The notes under the pieces are model-generated. The model saw nothing but the letters and a program-made list of their open reading frames with translations, was not told where the DNA came from and did not search any database. Shown in pieces: positions 39,195-48,891 of a stretch of DNA of 64,000 bases; the stretch's first letter is position 1, and every line of letters begins with the position of its first letter. The position numbers and the translations under genes are program-made. The stretch is from Actinomycetota bacterium (GTDB lineage Bacteria > Actinomycetota > UBA4738 > HRBIN12). The DNA is taken from assembly GCA_036265325.1 (NCBI GenBank), contig DATAPH010000023.1, positions 32,264-96,263 of the forward strand, in the 5' to 3' direction.

Positions 39195-39538
39195 TGCCCG
39201 AGACGCGGCCGCCCACGAAGCGGCGAGCGAGCCGGGGCACGGTCCGAGCGTGGGCCTGGATCCTCGGCACGTTCAGCTTCCTCGCGCCTTGGATGATCCT
39301 CGGCCTCTCGCCGAAGCCGTCGGCTGACGCCGCTCCCACGCCGGCGGCGCCCAAGGCGTCGACGACCGCGCGGCGGCCGGTCGTGATGGTGATCACCAAG
39401 AAGATCATCGTGACGGCTCCCACGGCGGCATCGGTGCCCGCACGGACCGTAAGCGGTTCGGCACCGATCAACTACGTCTACGCACCCGCACCAGCAGCGG
39501 CGCCCGTCACGGTTTCGTGCGGCACCCACCCCTGTTAG
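39194..39538 (+). CDS. Small membrane-anchored Pro/Ala-rich protein
   Basis: ATGA overlap with the previous gene. One TM (WAWILGTFSFLAPWMILGL). Confidence 0.4.
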   Translation: MPETRPPTKRRASRGTVRAWAWILGTFSFLAPWMILGLSPKPSADAAPTPAAPKASTTARRPVVMVITKKIIVTAPTAASVPARTVSGSAPINYVYAPAPAAAPVTVSCGTHPC

Positions 39539-39553
39539 CGCGAAGGAGATCCG

Positions 39554-40498
39554 ATGAAGCCTCCGTTGCGGCACTCGTTCACGACGATGGGGACCGTCGT
39601 CACCGTGATCGCACCTGGCAAAACCGGCGGCCGGACGTTCCGGAGCGCCGTCGCGACGGTGGAACATGTCTTCCACAGGGAGGATCGCCGGTTCTCCCGG
39701 TTCCGGCCGGACAGCGAGCTGTCCCGCGTCAACGCCGCCGCGGGACAGTGGGTGGAGGTTTCCCGTCCGTTCGCGGTCTTGACCGAACGGTCGCTCCGAG
39801 CCGCGGCGGAGACCGATGGGTTGTTCGACCCGACCGTGCTCCCGGCGCTCGCGGCCGCCGGCTACGACCGGGACTGGGCCGACGTGGAAGCCCGCGGTGA
39901 TGAGGAGGACGAGGAGCTCGCGGCGATCCGTCGTGAGTTCGCCGCGCTGATGATCAAGCACAGCACCGCGTGCGGTGCGTGGCGCGAGATCGAGCTCGAC
40001 GGCACGAACCTGCGCATCCCCGAAGGAGCGGCGCTCGACTTCGGCGGGATCGCGAAGGGGTGGACCGTCGATCGAGCGGCCGACAAGCTGCCCGATCTGC
40101 GCTGGGCGATCGTGAACGCGGGAGGCGACCTCCGCGTCGTGGGCACGCCGCCTCGGGGGGGTCTCGACGTCGGCGTCGAGGACCCACACGACGCTACCCT
40201 CGAGGCGCTCCGGTTGGGATTGTCTTCAGGCGCCCTCGCGACCACGTCCGTCACCGTTCGCGCGTGGGGCGACGGCAACCATCACGTCATCGACCCCCGA
40301 ACCTCGTTGCCCGCGATGACCGAGGTCGTCCAGGCAACCGTGTGGGGTGAGACGTGCGCCGACGCGGAGGTGTGGTCGAAGGCTGCGTTGCTTCGCGGAC
40401 AAGACATCTTGGAGCGGATCTCGGCGAGCCTCGTGCTTGCATCCGGCCAGGTGGTCACGAACATGGCGGACGCCGACGATGCGCAGGTGCCCGCATGA
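39554..40498 (+). CDS. apbE: FAD:protein FMN transferase (ApbE family), second copy
   Basis: SFTTMGTVVTV start motif. GGIAKGW. GAAGGAGA SD. Confidence 0.85.
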   Translation: MKPPLRHSFTTMGTVVTVIAPGKTGGRTFRSAVATVEHVFHREDRRFSRFRPDSELSRVNAAAGQWVEVSRPFAVLTERSLRAAAETDGLFDPTVLPALAAAGYDRDWADVEARGDEEDEELAAIRREFAALMIKHSTACGAWREIELDGTNLRIPEGAALDFGGIAKGWTVDRAADKLPDLRWAIVNAGGDLRVVGTPPRGGLDVGVEDPHDATLEALRLGLSSGALATTSVTVRAWGDGNHHVIDPRTSLPAMTEVVQATVWGETCADAEVWSKAALLRGQDILERISASLVLASGQVVTNMADADDAQVPA

Positions 40499-41091
40499 TC
40501 ATGTGGAACATCATCCGGGCGGCCGGGATCGGCGCCTACTTGATGCTCTGGGCGTCCGTCACGTGGGGGCTTGTCGCGACGACGTCGCTGTTCGGCAAGC
40601 GCGTGCCGAAGGCGACGAGTGTGGCCCTGCACCAGGCGTTCTCAACGCTGGGGCTGTTGTTGCTCGTCACGCACCTCGGCGTGCTCCTCGTCGACAGCTT
40701 CATGCCGTTCGCATGGCTCGACCTGCTGATCCCGCTGCGCGCGACCTATCGACCTGTGGGGGTGGCCTTCGGGATCGGGGCGATGATGCTGATGGCCGTC
40801 GTGCTGCTCACCTCATGGTTCCGCAAACAGGTCAAGCCGACGTGGTGGCGTCGGTTCCACGCGCTGTCCGTGCCGGCGTTCTCGCTTGCGCTCGCGCACG
40901 GGTTCATGACCGGAACCGATTCGCCGCGGCCAACGATGTTCTGGTTCTACCTCGCAACGACGGGGGTCCTGTTGTTCGTCGTGCTCGTCCGTGCGATGAC
41001 CGTCGGGCTGCGAGCCGTCCGGCGCACCCCAACGCCCGCGGCGGTGCCGCTCCGTGCGGTCGGCGACCTCGCCGATCAACGATCCGCATAG
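40495..41091 (+). CDS. Small ferric-reductase-like / MsrQ-like heme-binding membrane protein
   Basis: ATGA-coupled to apbE. 5-6 TM. Conserved His in TM helices (ALHQAFS, VTHLGVL, LALAHGF). Confidence 0.6.
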   Translation: MIMWNIIRAAGIGAYLMLWASVTWGLVATTSLFGKRVPKATSVALHQAFSTLGLLLLVTHLGVLLVDSFMPFAWLDLLIPLRATYRPVGVAFGIGAMMLMAVVLLTSWFRKQVKPTWWRRFHALSVPAFSLALAHGFMTGTDSPRPTMFWFYLATTGVLLFVVLVRAMTVGLRAVRRTPTPAAVPLRAVGDLADQRSA

Positions 41092-41182
41092 CCGCGACGT
41101 CTCGGAAACGAGGCGGGCGTGCCTGGTCGCTACGTCCCGCGAAGCGCACGAACCGGCTCGCGCAGGGATCACACGAAAGACT

Positions 41183-41273
<91 letters not shown>

Positions 41274-41400
41274 GCTTCCGGAATCGTACGCGGCTAGAGC
41301 GGCTGCGCGGGGCCGCCCTTGCACGTTTATGAGGTCCCGGCGCGGTCAACCCTCTGTGGAGCGAGTTCAGCCCGGACTCGCGTTCCGGAGGGAGGCGCAG

Positions 41401-41556
41401 ATGGAGGAGCAGCAGGTCACGTGTTCGCAGTGCGGACGGGTGTTCGGCTCGCAAGGAGAGCTCGACCGTCACATGGAGCAGGAGCACGGCGCGATGGGCG
41501 GCGACGGCATCGGCGGTGGCATGGGCGACGAGGAGCCTGACGCGGTCGGTGAGTAG
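41401..41556 (+). CDS. Small C2H2-type zinc-finger protein (51 aa)
   Basis: CSQCGRVFGSQGELDRHMEQEH (C-x2-C-x12-H-x4-H). GGAGGGAGG SD 6 nt upstream of the ATG. Gly/acidic tail. Confidence 0.5.
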   Translation: MEEQQVTCSQCGRVFGSQGELDRHMEQEHGAMGGDGIGGGMGDEEPDAVGE

Positions 41557-41561
41557 TCGCT

Positions 41562-42299
41562 CTACCGCACCCGGCGTCCGATGATCGTGTGCAAGCCGGC
41601 GGGAAGCTGTTCGCTGCCGAACGCCGTTCCGAGCCGTGCGTCCACACCATGTTCGGCCAAGAACGCAGGCACGCGACCGGTGTCGATCAGGATGTTGTCG
41701 TGGCGTTCGTCGTCGCGGCGCCACGACCCGTCGTCGTTCCGGGTGAACATCGCCATCTGACGAACGAACCGATCCGGCGTCGGCGACGAGCGCTGCGTGA
41801 TCAACGCCCAGTCGTCTTCGACCCACGCCTTGACGTCGGGGACGTGCTGGGCCTCGACGTACGTCAGGTCGCAGAGGTCGATCGCGAAGATGCCGCCGGG
41901 TCGGAGCGCCTCTGCGGCGGCGACCAGCGCGCGGTCGATGGCGTCGGCGCTCGGCAGATAGCTCATCGCGTGCCCGATCGAAACGATCGCGTCGGCTTCG
42001 GGGATCGGGTCGTCGGGCAGGACGACCTGCCGTACCTCCAGAGCGCCGCTCGCGTAGTCACGAGCCAGGTTGAGCATCGCCGGCGATGCGTCGGTCGCGA
42101 TCACGCGGTGGCCCGCTTCGACGAGGTAGCGCGTGAGGAGTCCGCTCCCACAGCCGAGCTCGACGACGAGCCCCTCGCGCTCCCGGACGTTCTCGAGCAA
42201 CGCGAGGATGCCCGGCGCGCACCCATCTGCGTGGAAGCCGAAGCCGAGGTGGTGGATCCGCGCGAGATCGGCACGGTAGTAGGGCTCCTGGGGGGCCAT
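41562..42299 (-). CDS. Class I SAM-dependent methyltransferase
   Basis: VVELGCGSGLLTRYL motif I. DASPAML. Confidence 0.75.
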   Translation of the reverse strand: MAPQEPYYRADLARIHHLGFGFHADGCAPGILALLENVREREGLVVELGCGSGLLTRYLVEAGHRVIATDASPAMLNLARDYASGALEVRQVVLPDDPIPEADAIVSIGHAMSYLPSADAIDRALVAAAEALRPGGIFAIDLCDLTYVEAQHVPDVKAWVEDDWALITQRSSPTPDRFVRQMAMFTRNDDGSWRRDDERHDNILIDTGRVPAFLAEHGVDARLGTAFGSEQLPAGLHTIIGRRVR

Positions 42300-42316
42300 C
42301 GTTGGAGCATCTTGTC

Positions 42317-44566
42317 ATGCGTCGGACACGGGACGGGCGTGGCTACGATGCGCCGGTGTCCGACGTCGAGCTGGCCTCCGAGCCCGTGACTGCGCCCGGG
42401 CGGCGGTCGGTCGTCGATCGACTCCGCAACGTTCGACCCTCGCTGAAGGGACTCGGGGCGTTCCTCCTCTACCTGGCGCTCACGTGCGTCATCTACCTGC
42501 CGCCGATCGGCGCGGCGATCGGCACTCGCTACGTCGGCGACGGCTGGGCGGATGCGCGGCTCTATCGGTGGGGGCTCGCGTGGACGCCGTGGGCGCTGTT
42601 GCACGGGCATTCGCCGCTGTTCGCATCCGACGTGTTCGCGCCGACGGGTGTGAACCTCACGTGGATCACGTTCGTGCCGAGCTTGGGGATCGTCTCGTAT
42701 CCGCTGCAGCGTCTCTTCGGGTCGCTCGTCACGCTCAACCTCCTGATGCTGCTCGCGCCGGCCCTCGCGGCGTGGGCCACGTACCTGGTGTGCGTCCGGG
42801 TCACGAAGCGCTTCTGGCCGTCGGTGCTCGGCGGCCTCTTCTTCGGGTTCTCGAGCTACATCGCCGGACACATGGTCGACCACCTCAACCTGGTCATGAT
42901 CTTCACGGCGCCGCTCGCCGTGTACCTGGTGATCCGAAAGATCGAGGGGTCGCTCGGACCCATCTGGTTCGTGGTGCTGCTCGCGCTCGACCTGGTGTTC
43001 GCGTTCGGTGTGTCGACCGAGCTGTTCGCGACGACGACGTTCTTCGGGGCGATCGCGTTCCTCATCGCGCTGATCTTCGCGGGACGCGACTTCGGGCGTG
43101 TGCTGCGCGCCGGACTGCTGGTCGCGCTGAGCTACGCGCTCGCGGGACTCCTCGTATCGCCCTTCCTGACGAACGCGCTCAACAACGAACCGACCCAGGT
43201 CTTGCGGCCCGTCGACAAGACATCGATCGACCTCGGGAGCTGGGTGGTGCCGCGACAGCACACCCGCATCGGTGGCGAGTCGTTCACCGAGATCACGTCG
43301 AAGTTCACCGCCTCGGCGCAGGAGGACGCCGGCTACGTCGGCATCGCCGCGCTCGTGATGCTCGTCGGGTTCGCGATCACCGAGTGGAAGCGACGCAGCA
43401 CGTGGGCCCTGCTCGCGTTCCTGGCTATCGTCGCGGTGCTCGCCTCGGGACCGGTCCTGCACATCGTCGGGCGACCGACGATCGCGCTGCCGGGGCAGTG
43501 GCTGACGCACGTGCCGCTGCTGCAGCACGCCACGCCGCAGCGGTTCCCGGCCTACGCGGCGCTGGCCTTGGGTGTGGTCGCCGCGCTCTGGGTCGCGCAC
43601 GGAACCGGTCGGAGCGCGTGGATCCGATGGGTCGTTGCCGGGCTCGCGGCGGTAGCGATCTTGCCGGCTCCGGATCCGAGCGCGTTCCACGCGTACGGTC
43701 AGACGCCGGCGTTCTTCACCAACGGCGATGTGCAGCAGCAGATCAGGCAGGACGAGATGGTCTTCTCGGTGACCGAGCGGCCGGCCTCGGAGCTGCAATG
43801 GCTTGCAGCGTCAGGTTTCTGGTACCGCATCCCGCAGGCGTACATCGGCCCGATCCCACCGGAGTACGAGGGGCAGCCGATCTATCGCGGCCTCGCGATC
43901 AATCAGCTGAACCCCTACATCCCGGCGCCCGACGACTTCGCGACGTTCCTCACGGATCACGACGTCACCGCCGTGTTGATGGACGACGACGCCACCTGGA
44001 AGTTCCAGCCGCTACTCGAGTCCGTCGGGCTCCAGCAGGTCCATCAGGGAGACGGCGTCAGCGTGTGGCGTCCCGGCCCGAACGGCTACACCGTCCACGA
44101 TCCGGCGGCGGTCGTCGTGAACGGCGACATCGACCACGTCGGCGGTGAGCTCCGCTCGTTCTCCTTCCCAGCCTTGGAAGGGGCCAACCGGATCACGGGT
44201 CCCGACCATCGGACGAACCTGTTCACGTTCTTCGGCCCGGCGTGCGACCCGAGCTGCCTCGCGAACCTGACGGCGCTCGACACGTGGGCGGCCGCGCACC
44301 CCGACATCCGCGTGATCGCGGCGTCGTCGTGGGACCCGTCCGGCCAGAACACCGACGCCGTTCGGTCGCTCGGCCTCGGATACGAGGTCGCGTTCGATCC
44401 GCTTGGACGGATGGCGACCGCGGCCTACGGCGTCGTGCTGCCGAACCTCGACCCGCCGACGCCGTTCTCGATCGTGGTCGGGCCGGACGGGATCGTGCAG
44501 GGGTTCTATCCGGGACCGTGGACCGGGCACAACGCGGCGACGCTACCCTCCTACACCGGCCCATGA
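42317..44566 (+). CDS. Large polytopic membrane protein (GT-C-like fold suspected) with periplasmic domain and C-terminal TlpA-like thioredoxin-fold domain
   Basis: About 12 TM helices. Paralog of 45716..47416. C-terminal FTFFGPACDPSC...VIAASSWD...PTPFSIVVGPDGIV resembles TlpA/ResA. Start ambiguous (TTG 42302 / ATG 42317). Confidence 0.6.
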   Translation: MRRTRDGRGYDAPVSDVELASEPVTAPGRRSVVDRLRNVRPSLKGLGAFLLYLALTCVIYLPPIGAAIGTRYVGDGWADARLYRWGLAWTPWALLHGHSPLFASDVFAPTGVNLTWITFVPSLGIVSYPLQRLFGSLVTLNLLMLLAPALAAWATYLVCVRVTKRFWPSVLGGLFFGFSSYIAGHMVDHLNLVMIFTAPLAVYLVIRKIEGSLGPIWFVVLLALDLVFAFGVSTELFATTTFFGAIAFLIALIFAGRDFGRVLRAGLLVALSYALAGLLVSPFLTNALNNEPTQVLRPVDKTSIDLGSWVVPRQHTRIGGESFTEITSKFTASAQEDAGYVGIAALVMLVGFAITEWKRRSTWALLAFLAIVAVLASGPVLHIVGRPTIALPGQWLTHVPLLQHATPQRFPAYAALALGVVAALWVAHGTGRSAWIRWVVAGLAAVAILPAPDPSAFHAYGQTPAFFTNGDVQQQIRQDEMVFSVTERPASELQWLAASGFWYRIPQAYIGPIPPEYEGQPIYRGLAINQLNPYIPAPDDFATFLTDHDVTAVLMDDDATWKFQPLLESVGLQQVHQGDGVSVWRPGPNGYTVHDPAAVVVNGDIDHVGGELRSFSFPALEGANRITGPDHRTNLFTFFGPACDPSCLANLTALDTWAAAHPDIRVIAASSWDPSGQNTDAVRSLGLGYEVAFDPLGRMATAAYGVVLPNLDPPTPFSIVVGPDGIVQGFYPGPWTGHNAATLPSYTGP

Positions 44567-45672
44567 CGGTGAAGAAGGCTTGGCTGCTCGGCGCGCTGGT
44601 TCTGGCGGTCGTGCTGCCCGCGACCGCCGGAACGACGACGAGCGCCTCGGCGTCCTGCACCGCGACGATCGCCGGCGCGTCCGTCACGGGCGACCTGCTC
44701 CTGGCCGTCACGGGGCCGCCGGATCACGCCACCGCGGTCGGCATCCACTACATCGGTGGGGACGGCGCGCCGTTGGTGACGCGGTGGACGGGCGATGGAT
44801 GGAGTCCCATCAAGGTGCCGGGGACGCCCGGCGCAGTGTTGATCCAGTTCCAGGCGGCAACCACGGCCGGCGCCCGCACGTGGGCGGTGGGCGCGTTCCG
44901 TAACGACCGGCCGGAAGCCGGGTTCGTGCTCGAAGGGCGCTGGCACTGGACGCATCCGATCGATCCCGGTCTCGAGGAGGATCAGTTCCTCGGCGTCGCG
45001 GCCGCGCCGGACGCCACGATCTGGGCCGTCGGCAAGCAGCAGGTCGGCGCGAACTATCAGCCGCTGATCGAGCGCTGGAACGCGTCGGGATGGAGCGTTG
45101 TTCCGTCGCCGACCGTGCAAGGCAGCTCGGTGCTGAACGGTGTTGCGGTCGCGCCCGACGGGTCGATCTACGCGGTCGGGTGGAGCGTCCTTGCAGGGGG
45201 AAAGACGGTGCCGCTCGTCGAGCGGTTCCGCAACAACGCGTGGGCCGTCCAGGGCACGGGCGGCGTGGGGCTCCTGAGCGCCGTCGCGATCCAGCCGGAC
45301 GGGTCGCCCCTCGCCGTTGGCTGGCAGCCCGCCGATGACGGGGACCGCATCCTGACGATGCAGCCCAGCGGGACGAGGTGGACGCCCGTCGCCGACGCGA
45401 CCGGCGATCCCGGCCGCCTCGCGTCGATCGCGGTGGGCGAGGCCACCGTCGCGGTCGGTCTGACCTTCAGCGACGGCATCCCGCAGCCGCTGGTCGTGCG
45501 GCTCGATCAAGGCTGGAGACCCGTAGATCTTTCGGGTGAAGCGTCACCCGCGTCCGGCGGCGATCAGCTCCTAGGCGTGACCGGCGAGTTCGGCCGGTTC
45601 AGCGCCGTCGGGGTGCGCGACGACGTCGACGCGTTCGCATCGTTGGCGGCCAGCGGCGCGTGCCCGAGCTAG
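44563..45672 (+). CDS. Secreted beta-propeller-like repeat protein
   Basis: ATGA-coupled to the upstream gene. Signal peptide. Repeated ~45-aa units (...WAVG... PLxERWNGxxW...). Confidence 0.55.
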   Translation: MTVKKAWLLGALVLAVVLPATAGTTTSASASCTATIAGASVTGDLLLAVTGPPDHATAVGIHYIGGDGAPLVTRWTGDGWSPIKVPGTPGAVLIQFQAATTAGARTWAVGAFRNDRPEAGFVLEGRWHWTHPIDPGLEEDQFLGVAAAPDATIWAVGKQQVGANYQPLIERWNASGWSVVPSPTVQGSSVLNGVAVAPDGSIYAVGWSVLAGGKTVPLVERFRNNAWAVQGTGGVGLLSAVAIQPDGSPLAVGWQPADDGDRILTMQPSGTRWTPVADATGDPGRLASIAVGEATVAVGLTFSDGIPQPLVVRLDQGWRPVDLSGEASPASGGDQLLGVTGEFGRFSAVGVRDDVDAFASLAASGACPS

Positions 45673-45715
45673 TTCGGTCCCGCGGGGCGGCCGAAGCTCT
45701 CGGCGTTCGAACCGA

Positions 45716-47416
45716 TCACGCCGGTCTCCAGACCGAGACGCCGTCCGCCTCGCTCGTCGGGACGTAGCCGAGGTCGCGAAGGGAGGGCTCGAACCAGGAG
45801 CGAACAGGATCCATCACGACGACCGCCGTGACCCCGTGCTGGGAGAGCCACGCACCGAGCGCGTTGGTCGGCGGGGGCACGTCTCGGGGATACAGCCCGT
45901 TCGAGAATTGGCTGTCGCTCGTCGGGATGGCACCGAGGTAGCCGTCGGGCAACACGAACCCCATCTTCGTGTCGGCTTGCCACGCCATGTCCTGGCCCTT
46001 CTTCTCGGCCATGATCGCGACCGTCTCGCCCGGCGAAAGCGCGGACGACCATGACCCGTCCGTGAAGAACCCCGGCGTGACATCAGGGACGTGCCACGGC
46101 GGCGACTCGACGTGCGGGATCATCAGGAGCAGACCGACACCGACGACCGCCCATCGGATGGAGGCGGCGCGGCCCGTCGCTCTGCTCAACCACAGCGCCA
46201 CGATGACGCCGAGCGCCAGCGTCGCGAAGATCATGAACCGGCCGGGCAAGGCGTACTTCACGAGCGGCAGACGCGCGACGATCGACTCGGGCATCGGGAT
46301 CGTCCGGTGGTTGGCCACATAGAGCCGAGGTCCGAGCGCGAGGATCGCCGCTGCGATCACGAAGATCACGATCGGCCAGGTTTCCCTGCGGCGTCGTTCC
46401 GTGATCGCGTAGCCGATCACGGCCGCGATCATGCCGACGCCGATGAACCCGACGCCGCTCGCGGTGGGGTCGGCGAGCCGTGCGGAGAACGATTCGAGCC
46501 ACCCGCCGCCGACGAGCTGTCTGTCGCGGGGCAGGACGAAGCGAAGCAGGTCGTTGTGCTTCTTCTCGAGATCGATCGAGAACGTCCCCGGCGCCTGGCG
46601 GATCGCCGGCAGGAGATACGGGATGAAGACGACGGCGATCGTGATCGCGAACGCGAGTCCGAGCCATGGGAGGACGCCCGCGAGCCGACGGCGATCGGGC
46701 CCGGCTGCGATCAACGCGATCAGGTAGGCCAGCGACCCGAACAAGGTCGTCGTCGCGAACAGCTCGATCGAGATCGACCACAGCGCGAGCAACGTGATCG
46801 CCGCCAGGACGACGAAGGTCGGCCGCCCGAGCGAGCCCTCGAGCCGTCGCACCACGAAGTACACGAGGAGCGGGATCGGGAATGCCAGCGCAAGGTTCGG
46901 ATGGTTGAGCTGGATCGCCATGTACGCGCTGAAACCGAACGTCGCGCCACCCGCGACGGACGGCCAGAAGCGGTCACTCAGCCGGCGACACAGCAGGTAC
47001 GCCGCCCAGCCGGCGAGCACGGGGCACAGCAGCACCAAGACGTTGTAGGAGACGAGCGGTCCGAACGCGGCGGTCACTGGCCACATGGCGAGCGCAGGGC
47101 CGGGAACCGCGGTGGTCCAGACGAGGCTGGATCCCTCCGGCGCGCGCAGGACGTGCGTGAACAGCGGGTTCTGGCCGTGTGTCACCGCCCATGGCGTCCA
47201 CGCGAGCATCCACCGGAAGAACTCCGAATCAGACGCGTCTTGTCTCGGGATGTACTCGGTGCCGAGGTGCGCGAGATTGGACCCGCCGAAGATGACCAGC
47301 GAGGCGACGAGGTAGATCGCGGAGGCGCACACGCCGCCGAGCCACCCGCCGGGCGCGAACCGTTCCGTGTGCGCCGCCGTCTTTCGTGGCGGTGCGACCG
47401 CGTCCGCGTCGACCAT
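45716..47416 (-). CDS. Polytopic membrane protein, paralog of 42317..44566 (lacks the thioredoxin-like C-terminus)
   Basis: Collinear similarity (FFRWMLAWTPWAVTHGQNPLF vs LYRWGLAWTPWALLHGHSPLF; RFWPSVAGG...RRLEGSLG; C-terminal ...GVSVWRP). Confidence 0.6.
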   Translation of the reverse strand: MVDADAVAPPRKTAAHTERFAPGGWLGGVCASAIYLVASLVIFGGSNLAHLGTEYIPRQDASDSEFFRWMLAWTPWAVTHGQNPLFTHVLRAPEGSSLVWTTAVPGPALAMWPVTAAFGPLVSYNVLVLLCPVLAGWAAYLLCRRLSDRFWPSVAGGATFGFSAYMAIQLNHPNLALAFPIPLLVYFVVRRLEGSLGRPTFVVLAAITLLALWSISIELFATTTLFGSLAYLIALIAAGPDRRRLAGVLPWLGLAFAITIAVVFIPYLLPAIRQAPGTFSIDLEKKHNDLLRFVLPRDRQLVGGGWLESFSARLADPTASGVGFIGVGMIAAVIGYAITERRRRETWPIVIFVIAAAILALGPRLYVANHRTIPMPESIVARLPLVKYALPGRFMIFATLALGVIVALWLSRATGRAASIRWAVVGVGLLLMIPHVESPPWHVPDVTPGFFTDGSWSSALSPGETVAIMAEKKGQDMAWQADTKMGFVLPDGYLGAIPTSDSQFSNGLYPRDVPPPTNALGAWLSQHGVTAVVVMDPVRSWFEPSLRDLGYVPTSEADGVSVWRPA

Positions 47417-47425
47417 CCGCTGTGC

Positions 47426-48850
47426 CTACCCGCCGGTGCTGGTGCCGCTCGGCGGCGGCGGACCCAACGCACGGATCGGTCCGCACTTCTCCTGCGGCAG
47501 GATCAACGGCGGGAGTGGCTTCTGCGAGAAGTTGAATGCATCGAGCATGTCGCTCGCGTTGGCGTCCCGGCTGGTGAGCGGCGGCACGTTGAACACGGTC
47601 TCGATGAAGCGCAGCACCGACGCGAACTCGAACGCCGTGTGATCGATGTAGCCGGGCTTCGCGTACGGGGAGATGATCAGCGCCGGGACCCGAGGCCCCA
47701 GACCGTACATGTCGACGTGCGGCGGGGGGACATGGTCGTAGAAGCCGCCGAAGTCATCCCAGGTCAGCACGATCGCGGTCGACCGCCAATCCGGGCTCTG
47801 CATGAGCGTGTTCACGAGATGGACCGTCCAGTTCTCCCCGTCGCACACGCTGTGTGGCGGGTGCTCCGAAAGCGCGAACGGCGGCGTCACCCACGACACT
47901 TGCGGAAGATCGTTCGCCGCGACGTCGCGGTAGATCTGCTCGGGCGGGACGACGTGTTTCCACATGGTGCTGAACCGAACGTGGCGGATCATCCGCAGCG
48001 GTTGGACCCACTCATTCTGACCGTGATACGCCTTCCAGCTGACCCCGGCCGTCTGCAGGTTGTCCGGGAGGACGCGGATATCGGTGCACGGCCACCGCTG
48101 GGTCCAGTACGACGTCACCTGTGCCGCGCCCTGGCTCCCTTGCGTTTCGAGGTCGTACACCTGCTGCTGTTGCGCGCGCGACAGTTTGCGGAAGGAGAAC
48201 GCGGTCTCGAGCGGGTCGTCGCAGAATTGGCGCCGGCCGATCCCCATCTGCCCGGGGCGTTCATGGTCCACGAACCGGTCCGACTGCGCCGCGTACGTCC
48301 ACAGGTGCTCGATGCCCGTCGGACCGAAGACCGAGCTGAAGAAGTGGTCGGCAAGCGTGAATGTCTGTGCGTACTTCCAGTAGTCCGGGATCTGCTGCTG
48401 TGAGAACTGGACGTACCCGACCGGGTTGAAGCAGTCCATCTTGCCGCCGTCGACGGCGGTGATGCCGTCCGTGAAGCTATGGCCGGCCGCGAACCCGCGA
48501 TCGGGTGCCGGCGCGAGCGGGATCGTCTGCCCGTCACATGTGCGACCCGTCGTTGCCCCGTCCGCTCCGGGGAACTGCCCGAAGTAGTTGTCGAACGTCC
48601 GGTTCTCTTTGATCACGAACACGATGTGCTTGATCTTGGTTCGTGCGGCGGCGATGGTCGCCGCATCGCTCGATGGCGCCGGCGTCACGCTGCCGGACTC
48701 CGCGGGTTCGAGGATCGACGGATAGGACGACGTTGGCGTCCTCGTGCAGGCGATGAGGACGACGCCGCCGATCAAGATGATGAGCGCAGCGGTGCGCCAG
48801 CGGCGATCGAGCACCGGCCGAGGGTAGCGAACCGACCTGTGGCCGACCAT
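47426..48850 (-). CDS. Phosphoesterase-family (PLC / AcpA-type) lipoprotein
   Basis: [17 protein letters not shown] signature of the phospholipase C/acid phosphatase phosphoesterase family. Lipobox VLIAC. Confidence 0.8.
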   Translation of the reverse strand: MVGHRSVRYPRPVLDRRWRTAALIILIGGVVLIACTRTPTSSYPSILEPAESGSVTPAPSSDAATIAAARTKIKHIVFVIKENRTFDNYFGQFPGADGATTGRTCDGQTIPLAPAPDRGFAAGHSFTDGITAVDGGKMDCFNPVGYVQFSQQQIPDYWKYAQTFTLADHFFSSVFGPTGIEHLWTYAAQSDRFVDHERPGQMGIGRRQFCDDPLETAFSFRKLSRAQQQQVYDLETQGSQGAAQVTSYWTQRWPCTDIRVLPDNLQTAGVSWKAYHGQNEWVQPLRMIRHVRFSTMWKHVVPPEQIYRDVAANDLPQVSWVTPPFALSEHPPHSVCDGENWTVHLVNTLMQSPDWRSTAIVLTWDDFGGFYDHVPPPHVDMYGLGPRVPALIISPYAKPGYIDHTAFEFASVLRFIETVFNVPPLTSRDANASDMLDAFNFSQKPLPPLILPQEKCGPIRALGPPPPSGTSTGG

Positions 48851-48891
48851 CGTTGACGGCGGTGCGACGGCTTCCCTAGCCTGACCGCCCG

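Noticed and set aside
37997-40189. 730-aa minus-strand ORF
   Set aside because: Antisense to DUF1801, the small proteins and ApbE. Arg/Pro-rich with no domains.
46091-48403. 770-aa plus-strand ORF
   Set aside because: Antisense to the membrane paralog and phosphoesterase genes. Arg/Asp-rich low complexity.
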